Assembly (NCBI GenBank): GCA_002104945.1
Contig: MCFH01000013.1
Location: 744,001-808,000 of the forward strand
Length of the DNA stretch: 64,000 bases
Reading direction: 5' to 3'
DNA from: Piromyces finnis finn
Taxonomy: Eukaryota; Fungi; Neocallimastigomycota
The notes beneath the pieces are model-generated. The model was not told the origin of the DNA. It made no database searches and saw only the letters and a program-made list of their open reading frames with translations. Shown here in pieces: positions 55,013 through 64,000 of this stretch; the first letter of the stretch is position 1, and the number at the start of each line of letters is the position of its first letter. The translations under genes and the position numbers were made by a program.

Positions 55013-55506
55013 GAAAAAAAAACTTTTTTATATATATTATTTATATTTATTAGATATTAATAATCCAATAATCTATTATCTATTTAATCTATTTATCTAA
55101 GACGATATATTTAGTTTAATAAATAAATTATTATTATTATTACTATAATTTATTGTAGAATCAACAAAAATTTTAAATAAAAAATAAAGCAAATAAACAA
55201 TATATAAAAACAAACTTTTAATATTTTTTATAATTGTACTACATTTTTTAAAAATAAAGTAGTACAGATAAATTATTCATATTTTAAAAATATGATATAT
55301 AAAATTTGTCTCATCATTTGATAAAAATTAATTATAATTTAAATTACAAATAATATTTTAATAATTAATTTAAATATGTCTTATTTGAAAAACAAATAAT
55401 TTAATTATATAAAACTTTGGTAAATTTTATTAATATAAATTTATGTATTTTTTTTCAGTATTAAAAATATATTAAAATGAAAAAAAATTGAATAAAAGAT
55501 AATAAA

Positions 55507-57376
55507 ATGAATACTGATAATAAAGGTATATTAATAACAATTAAAGAAATTAAAAATGAATATTTTTTTATTAACTTCAAAATATTATAAAATAAATATC
55601 ATAAATAAAAAAATGTAAATTATTCAAAATAACAAAAAAGAATTGGAAAAAAGGGATAGTGAAGATTCATTAAATTTTGATTGCGATAGTATTGAAGAAG
55701 ATGTTTTAAATCAAGAAGAAATTTCAAATATTATAGAGGGTGATGATAGGAATAACAATGAAATAAATAATAATAATGATATCAACGTTAATAATAATGA
55801 AGTAGATAATGTAGAAATTAAAATAGAAATTAATATAGATTATGAGACTACAAATAATAACAATATAAAAGATTTAAATGTCATTATTGAAGATACAAAT
55901 AATAATTTATATAAAGAAGAACCTATAAATCAACAAGTTGATTCAATTAATGATAAAAAAGAGCAATATAATGATAAAGATAATCCCAAGACTTTGAATA
56001 ATTCTAAAAGTAATGATACAATTAAAGATTCTACTTCAGAAAATGATGATATAAAAGAAGAAATTGTTAAAGATGTTGAAAATAACAACAACAGCAATAA
56101 TAATACAAGTAATATAATAGAAGGTAATATTATTATATAATAATTAGTAGTTAATATTATTTTATTATTAAAAAATTTAAATAATTAATATAGAAGAAAA
56201 AAACAAATTACTTCAAGAAAATATGCTTAAAGTATGTAATAGGATAATATATTATAATTTTAAATATAAATTTAAACAAAACAAAATATTAAAAATAATT
56301 TATAATTATAAATAATTTAGGAATATGAACAACAAGTTTCTAATGTTATATATAATAATTCTATTACAGTAAAAAAAAATAATAAAAAAAATAATGATGG
56401 TAATATTTTAAAAAGTGAAGATGGTCCGCATATAACTATGCTTTATAGCTCTGGTTTTTCATCAAAAAAATATAATAATAAGAACACCAATTTAAAAGAC
56501 TTTTTAGATAATATTGTTCCAAGGCATATTAAATTTGAAAATGGTAAAGGATATGATGATGATTTATCTTTACCTAATGTTAAAGGTTTTCAAAAACCGG
56601 ATACATTAAAAAGTTATATATATAGAATGGATCAACATAAAGATGATATAAAAAATAGAAAAGAAAAAATTGCATCTTGCTATTTACTATCGCTAGGGCA
56701 TTCTTTTCCTTTAGGTCATGAATCAAGGAAATGTCACGATTTTTATTATTCTAAAACTAATAACACATTTACTAAAAATTATTTAAATACAACAAAATCA
56801 AAAATACGACAAAATACTGAATATTATCATAAATATATAGATTTTGATTATGAATTACCAGCTATTATTAGTAAATTACCGTATGAATCATATATAGATT
56901 TTTATAATTCTGATTCATATTGTCCGCAATTGAGAAGACCAGAAAATAAGAAATTTTATTTTACAAATAACATCCCAACAAATTCGAAAAAAGAAAAGTT
57001 ATTAAAAATTCCAGATCTTAAAAAAAATAATAATATAACAATAAATAATAGTTGTATGAATTATTATAATATAAAAAGTAGTAATCAAGATAAACTAAAT
57101 AATTATAGTAATGATAATACTGTTAACAATAATATGTATCAAAATCATAAAAGCACTAAAAAAGCTGTAAGATTTATAGATAATGAATATGAAAAAAATA
57201 AAATAAGTAAAGTAGGCTATATGGATAATACAAAAAGAAGTAGTGCTTTTGAAGCACCTATTGTAAGAATTAAGAAGAAAAATGAAAAATTAAAAAGAAT
57301 AAAAGATATAGATAAAATAATCAATAAAAATAAGGTTGATACTATATATCATTCAAAATATATTTTATCACCATAA
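55507..57376 (+). CDS. Uncharacterised protein (~530 aa), acidic Asn-rich N-half and basic C-half; 4 exons
   Basis: Inferred exons 55507-55525, 55641-56123, 56194-56230, 56321-57376 join the 165-aa and 312-aa ORFs in frame through GT-AG introns; no domain recognised. Confidence 0.65.
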
Positions 57377-57647
57377 TTATTTGTATGTATATATAACCCA
57401 GTTACTATCTTGTACTCTTTTTTAAAATATATATATATATTAAATTGTAATGTTAAATACAAATTAATATTATTATGAAATGTATTAAAATAATCATTAT
57501 ATATAAATAAAAGTTAAACATATAATCTTTTATTTCAATAAAATATTTTAAACTTTATTTTTAAGTTTTTATATATTTATAAATATAAATTATTTTTTCT
57601 TATATATTAAATTATTATTAATTAAAAGAATATTCATCTTTAATAAA

Positions 57648-59445
57648 ATGAATCAAAATTATAATTACTATCAACAAAAACAATCAATTAAATCACTATT
57701 TGATATTCTATGCAATATTGAAAAGTAAATATATATTCTTAATAATATTAAAATTAGAAAATCTTTTACTAATATATTTTTATTACAGAAAATTTAATAT
57801 TGATTTAGATTTTTTTAAAAAGAAAGTAAAAGTTGAATTTTATAAATCAATTAAAGCATTTCAGGTATTTGAATTGAAAAATGTTATATAAATATATTAA
57901 TAAAAAAATAAATGAAAATGTGAATGAAATTAATAGTAGAATATTTAATTTTAAAATTTATAAATTTTTTATTTTAGGATGAATTTCTTTTATACATGAA
58001 TAGAGTTTCAAATAACAATACAAATAATGAAATGAAGAAAACTATAAATGAATTAATTAGTTATGAATTATCACAAGTTCAACAAAATTTAAAAAACCTT
58101 AAAGAATATAATCAAAAATATGATGAACAACTCTTTCTTTCTCAGAGTAATAATATGTATTTTCAACAAAATCCAACATATATAAATAATAATGTATGTT
58201 ATATTCATTTATATATTATATATTATATTATATTATATTATATATTAATATTTGACATCAATTAAAATTATTTTTTTTCTATAACATAAATTTTAAATTA
58301 TAATATATAGAAAGAACAAAGTACTTCTAATTGTAATATTTTTAATAAATTTATGTAATTACTTGTATTATTATCTAATTTTATGCTTTTATAATATAAT
58401 ATTCTTTATTAGCCCATTCAAATAAAAATATACCTAACGTACCTTCAATTGGAAAAATATTACCATTATCAAATGTTAATTCAATAAATCAAAATGGTAA
58501 TAGCAAACAAATTAAAAAATCGTATAAATTAGGTAAACTAATAAAAAAAAATTTTTTTAATATAATGTTAAAGTTTTAGAATTATTAATATATGTATTTT
58601 AACAATATAAATATAAAAGCATCATATACAAAGTATGTACCATTTACATCCTTTGGACCAATATATGATTTATCAGATTCTGCTTTATCAACATTTGAAA
58701 TTTCAACATTAGAACCATATTTATTCAATCTTACTGAAGAACAGAATAACAGTAACAATGATAGTAAAAATATGGAAATCCATAAAGAAATAAATGAACA
58801 TGATAGAAATATTGAGATTTCTGAAACGGAAATGAAAGAGTTGGAAACTCTTGGAATTGATTTAGAAAATATATGTCATAATTTTAATTTGAATTTTAAA
58901 AAAAACAATACAAATTCAGAAAATTCAAAAACTATAAATGAGAAAATATCAGAAATGTCAAATTTATTAAAACAATTATATGAATACCAAGAAAATAGAA
59001 AAGATCGTAATTATTATCAAACAGAAATTTCTGAAGAAGAAAAGGAATTAGGTTATTATTAAGTTATTATATATATAATATTTTTTTTTTTTTTAGCCTT
59101 GTTTTATTTGTTTATTTGTTTTAGTATTAATAAATAAAGCTTTCTATAATTACTATATATATATATATTATATAATTTTAACACAATATTTAACATAATA
59201 TATAATAATTAACATTATTACTAAAAAATATATTAATATTTCTAATAGCTTCTAAAATTGAATCTAAATTAAATACTTTAATTAAGAATATTCCACCATC
59301 TCAGTTAATTTCAAAATCAGATATTCAATATGCAATGAATAACATTCAACATTATGAACCGTGGTATAATGGTGTATTGACTTATGATAATGGAAGTAGT
59401 ACTACCAGTCAATCTAGTATTAGATATGGACGAAACAGTAGATAA
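57648..59445 (+). CDS. BRD7/BRD9 C-terminal (DUF3512-like) domain protein, possible SWI/SNF-RSC subunit; ~7 exons; no recognisable bromodomain
   Basis: YTKYVPFTSFGPIYD resembles BRD7/9 YLNYGPYSSYAPxYD; EMSNLLKQLYEYQENR...EEEKELASKIESKLNTLIKNIPPSQLISKSDIQYAM resembles the BRD7 C-terminus (LRELQEAQNER...EQVTNNLKELAQQVTPGDIVS...VRKAM). The 5' exons are less certain. Confidence 0.55.
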
Positions 59446-59558
59446 AGATATTTATTAATTGAAAATATAAATAATAATCTTATGCTGTAGCAAATTTTAA
59501 TTTAATATTTAATAAAGCTTTTTTAAATTATTAATATTTATATTTAAGCATGATACTT

Positions 59559-62033
59559 CTATTTTATTAATTTATTAGATTTTATTATTTTTTTTGAAAC
59601 TTTTTTTAATCCTTTTTTACTATTTAATGTATTATTTGCTTCATGTTTCATATTAAGTTCTTTAAAGTAATTATCTCTCTGTTTCCATTCATTTTGCATC
59701 TTAATACAAAATTCAGGGTTTGATGGATTTACTTCAATTAATTTTAAATACGATGATATTGCCATATTTAAAATTGATGTATTAATTAATGATTTATTAT
59801 CATTAATAATTACAGATAACTGTTCAATACATCCATGTTTACAAAGTTTTTCATTTATATCAATGTCATTTTGTGATACATAAAAGTTAACAATTCTTAT
59901 TGCAATATCTCTATAATCGTATTTAATTGAAGCTATACATGCTATTATTTCTTCTATAAGTCCACTAGATAAATGAAATATGTATTTTGAAATAGTAGGA
60001 TTAGAAATTATAATATTATATAATATACATAAAGATTTTAATTTTACTTCTGTTGTTGTTTCCTGATAAATATATTCTATTATTGTATTTCCTATATATT
60101 TAAAAATCATTTGACTTGAATCAATATGTAATGATATATTAGAAATACAAGTAAGTAACTTTTCTATAATATTATAGTTTTTTTTTGGCATAGCAATTAA
60201 TTTTTTTGTAACATTTAAAATATCAGTCAAAGAACCCGATTCGTAAAAAAATTTTGATGTATTATCATAACTTGTTATTGTAATTAGTAAATTGAGAAGA
60301 TTTTCAATAAACATTTTAAATGGGTCATTTGTTCTTTCTATATATTTATCTTTAACGTTGTTTTCATAATCATCTTTACAATATTGAAAATAATCAGAAT
60401 TATCATTTTTATAAATATATAATTTTTTTGCTTCTAAAGTAAATATTATATCTTTATTGTCACTATTATTGTATTCTTTTACATTAAATGGTGTTACAAT
60501 ATTAATTTTATTTAACCATTCGTTATAATAATTGAGTACTAAATTTAAAGAGTCGACTAATCGATTTGAATATTTTAGTAAAACCTCTTTAATTGTGTGA
60601 GCTTTGGAAGATAAGCAAATATTTTTTAAAATACAAACATAATTATCTAGAGTAAAAAAAAAAGACAAGTCATTTCCATATATTGAGTTTTCAATATCTA
60701 ATTTTTGGTTTATTTCATTAATTTCATAAAATACAACATCAATGCCATGTAAAGTATAAAACTTAGATTTAATACTTGAAAAATTAAATATTATATTCCT
60801 TAATATAAATGAAATTGGTAGGTATAAATATTCATTTATTATATTATGAATAATTAAGGATAAAATTGATGTCAGGTATGAATGAATTGTTTCTACATTG
60901 CCTACATCTTGACTAAGCATTATATTTGATAAAATATAAAAGCATTGCTTATTTAATGGATAAAAATTATTCTTTATAATGATATTAATGATTGGCATTA
61001 TATTTTGAGCTATTGCTTCATGTCTAAAAACATCATTTAGACAGCATATATTTTGTAATATATCTAATCTTAATTCTATTATTAAATCATTAAAATTATT
61101 ATAATCAAGAAAAAACATTTTTTCTTCATTAAAATCTATACTATAGCACCTAATGCTATCTCCACTACTCATCTCATTTAAAAGCATTTTCGAGTTTGAT
61201 AAATTTAAATCTAATCTACTTTTTGTTTTTGATATTTCTTCTTTTAATGTAAGTTTTTTATTTTTTTTATTCAATTTTTTTTCGTCAATACTATTGTTAC
61301 TTTTATATAACATTTTACTTGAATTCATTAAATTTAATTTATTTCTTGAAGGGCTTAATAATTTATTACCTATATTATTATCAGAATTGTTGTTTTCGTT
61401 TTTTGAACTTTCCTCAAACTTTATTGCTAAATTTCTTGTAATATCATAACATAATGTTTCTATAATACCTGAATTTCCTATAATTTCTTGATATTTTTTA
61501 TTGCTAATTAACCTTTTAATTAATTTTATATAAACTATTTGCTGTTTTTGAATTGCATTCTTTTCTCTATCACTAATCATATTACATATTCGATTTAAAA
61601 TATATGATGATTTTAATATTGGTAAAAGGTATGATTCATTTTTATCGAATATCTTTATAAATAATTTTGCTAAATATATATAAGAATTGTATTTATCAAT
61701 AAAATGGTATTCAAAGAGTTTTTCATATATGGCAATATATTCGGATGACGTTAATGTTTCACAGTTTTTTGAATTATTTGCAAAATATTTTAGTAGCTTC
61801 AAATATGCACAAATTACTATTGAATGAGGACCATTATCTACAATGGATATAAAATAATTAATATCTTTGCTACTTATTGTATAATTATAAACAACTTGAT
61901 TTTTATAAAACTCTGAATTATTTATTATATCAGTTGCAGATGATATTTGTAATTCCTCATCATTATAATTCGATAATTTCTTCAAAAGAAAAACAAGTTC
62001 ACTAAATGTTATTTCTTTTTTAGGTTTATTCAT
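59559..62033 (-). CDS. Armadillo/HEAT-like helical repeat protein, 824 aa, intronless
   Basis: ORF track; ARM-like segments (IIGNSGIIETL, FYESGSLTDIL, LCKHGCIEQLSVII, LTCISNISLH); no orthologue recognised. Confidence 0.7.
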   Translation of the reverse strand: MNKPKKEITFSELVFLLKKLSNYNDEELQISSATDIINNSEFYKNQVVYNYTISSKDINYFISIVDNGPHSIVICAYLKLLKYFANNSKNCETLTSSEYIAIYEKLFEYHFIDKYNSYIYLAKLFIKIFDKNESYLLPILKSSYILNRICNMISDREKNAIQKQQIVYIKLIKRLISNKKYQEIIGNSGIIETLCYDITRNLAIKFEESSKNENNNSDNNIGNKLLSPSRNKLNLMNSSKMLYKSNNSIDEKKLNKKNKKLTLKEEISKTKSRLDLNLSNSKMLLNEMSSGDSIRCYSIDFNEEKMFFLDYNNFNDLIIELRLDILQNICCLNDVFRHEAIAQNIMPIINIIIKNNFYPLNKQCFYILSNIMLSQDVGNVETIHSYLTSILSLIIHNIINEYLYLPISFILRNIIFNFSSIKSKFYTLHGIDVVFYEINEINQKLDIENSIYGNDLSFFFTLDNYVCILKNICLSSKAHTIKEVLLKYSNRLVDSLNLVLNYYNEWLNKINIVTPFNVKEYNNSDNKDIIFTLEAKKLYIYKNDNSDYFQYCKDDYENNVKDKYIERTNDPFKMFIENLLNLLITITSYDNTSKFFYESGSLTDILNVTKKLIAMPKKNYNIIEKLLTCISNISLHIDSSQMIFKYIGNTIIEYIYQETTTEVKLKSLCILYNIIISNPTISKYIFHLSSGLIEEIIACIASIKYDYRDIAIRIVNFYVSQNDIDINEKLCKHGCIEQLSVIINDNKSLINTSILNMAISSYLKLIEVNPSNPEFCIKMQNEWKQRDNYFKELNMKHEANNTLNSKKGLKKVSKKIIKSNKLIK

Positions 62034-62262
62034 ATTAAAATAATTTGTCTTCGATTATAATAAATTATTATTTTTTTTTTTTTTAATTCAAATATTTTAT
62101 TAAAATAAATATATTTAAAGTTATTTGGTAAATAATTCATAAATAGAAAAACTCTTAATTATAGAAATAATACAAAGCATAAATAATTTTAAAAATATAT
62201 CTTTAAAAATAATTTTGTGTGACCTTCCAAATTAAATTCTTCAAATTTTAAAAAATATTTCA

Positions 62263-64000
62263 ATGAATGACCATGATACATCAAAATATGAAAGATTTTC
62301 AAATTTCTGTAGTTTATTAGAAACACTTCAAAAAAAAACAGGAAGAGCAACTAAGATATTTCAAAAAGATATTATACAACGATATTTTAATGTTTGTACA
62401 TGTTAAATAATATAATTATAATTGATTAAAGCAATATTCTAAAATACAATATTAATATATATTTTTATTATATTGGTTTAAATAATTTAAAAGAAATGGA
62501 GATTATATGGAGGTAGTTTATTTCCAGTAATAAGACTTCTTCTTCCACATGTAATTAATATAAAATATTTTTATTATAGTATTTTTAAAATTATTTAAAT
62601 AATAAAAAAATTCAATTTCAAATTTGAAAGATTGATAAAAAAAGACTAAATTATAGAATTAAAGAAAAAACCTTAAGTAAGATTTATGTTAATGTATTAT
62701 GTTTACCTCCAGAATCACCTGATGGAAGGACTTTAATTAATTGGAGAATCCCTGGAAAAGCAAAAATGGTATTAAATTATTTACCATTTAATTTTTGAAT
62801 AAAATATCATAAAATACTAAATTAAAAATGTAAATACAGAAAACAGTTGGAGATTTCGCTTCAGTGTTATATGGTGTTTTGCTTAAACGTTCAACATTTA
62901 CTGGAAAAAGTGTATTAACTATCTCTGATATAAATGAAAAACTGGACCAATTAAATCAAGCAGAGTCATTGTAAAATTAATTACTAAATAATTACAATAA
63001 ATTTAATATTAAATAGAATAATAATAATATTAATTTTTTTTTTTTTAAAAAAAAAAAAAAAAATTATAAGTGACCAACAAAAAGATTGTATGCGTTCATT
63101 TTATACCTCTTTAACACCATTAGAACAAAAATGGATTGTAAGGATTATTTTAAAGGGTATAAATAAATATTTTTATTTAGTAATGAGTAAATCTAACAAC
63201 ATAACTAGATAACTTGTTGTAATACCAATTATGTTTTTAAATATATAAGATCTAAAAATAGGTCTAACAGAAAATTCAATATTAAATATTTATCACCCGG
63301 ATGCACTTAATATGTTTAATGTTTGTAGTGATTTATATGAAGTTGTTGAAAGTTTAAATGATTCATCAAAAAGAATAGAAATAAATGTTTGTAAATTATA
63401 TACATATATTATTACCAAATTAAGATTATTTATATATAATAATACTTGTTATTTTTAAAGGGTTTATCTGTATTTCATCCATTCCAACCTATGTTATGTG
63501 AGAGGATTCCTATTAATAATTGCTTGAAAGTACTAAATACAAATACATTTTATATTGAAAACAAACTAGATGGTGAAAGAATCCAACTTCATATGAAAAA
63601 TGGAGAATTTCAGTACTGGTCTAGGTATTATATATTTTAGCAACATTAAACTACATTAATTATATATTTTTTAATTGTTAATTAATAAATAATAAGAAAA
63701 GCAACGCAGTATACAAAAGCATATGGAAGTAATAAAAATAATGGAACTTTAACACCTTTTATTTATGATGTTTTTAATCCTTCAATTTATGAGTAAATAA
63801 AAAATTAATATTAATAATATCAATAGTTATATTGAAGTAATAATTATATAATTTATAAAGATGTATTTTAGATGGTGAAATGTTAGTATATGATCCAAAT
63901 ATTGATGATTTCTTGCCATTTGGATCTTTAAAAACAGCTATTTTAGATCAATCCGATGAAAAAATGAAAAAAAGGCCTTGTTTTGTTATATTTGATGTAT
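62263..64000 (+). CDS. LIG4: DNA ligase IV (NHEJ), 5' part: DNA-binding and adenylation domains; runs off the window; at least 9 exons
   Basis: Spliced: SLFPVIRLLLPH|IDKKRLNYRIKEKTL, VGDFASV, EQKWIVRIILK|DLKIG, YHPDA...FNVCSDL, FHPFQPML, motif I ENKLDGERIQLH, YWSR, CILDGEMLVYDP, FVIFDV. Confidence 0.93.

Noticed and set aside
38387-64000. Possible functional cluster (DNA repair: BRCC36, LIG4, BRD7-like; or ciliary: DNAH2, ARM)
   Set aside because: The genes are unrelated, interspersed housekeeping loci, and such adjacency is expected by chance in a compact eukaryotic region.

Overview
Very AT-rich, intron-containing eukaryotic DNA in the standard genetic code. By inference it is an anaerobic gut fungus (Neocallimastigomycota): it has a flagellar inner-arm dynein, a fungal-type ArfGAP, Asn-rich proteins and short AT-rich introns. 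The left ~28 kb is accessory-like. It holds two tandem intronless 23-aa LRR paralogues and a ~13.8-kb block bounded by near-identical direct repeats (B). Inside that block, two diverged RCC1-like genes with SILK/RVxF (PP1-docking) and KRKL motifs alternate with three near-identical non-coding repeats (A). A decayed LINE RT fragment, a membrane-anchored expansin/RlpA-like DPBB gene and a ~5-kb gene-free stretch follow. The right ~35 kb is gene-dense and conserved: makorin-like RING/CCCH, BAR-PH-ArfGAP, BRCC36, DNAH2-type dynein heavy chain, an orphan gene, a BRD7/9-like C-terminal-domain gene, an ARM-repeat gene and the 5' part of DNA ligase IV. I found no rRNA, tRNA or CRISPR array. All exon structures were assembled by hand from GT-AG sites and frame continuity, and family calls come from motif recognition, not database searches. 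The best lead for something undescribed is the repeat-bounded, duplicating family of RCC1-like proteins carrying multiplied PP1/cyclin-type docking motifs.
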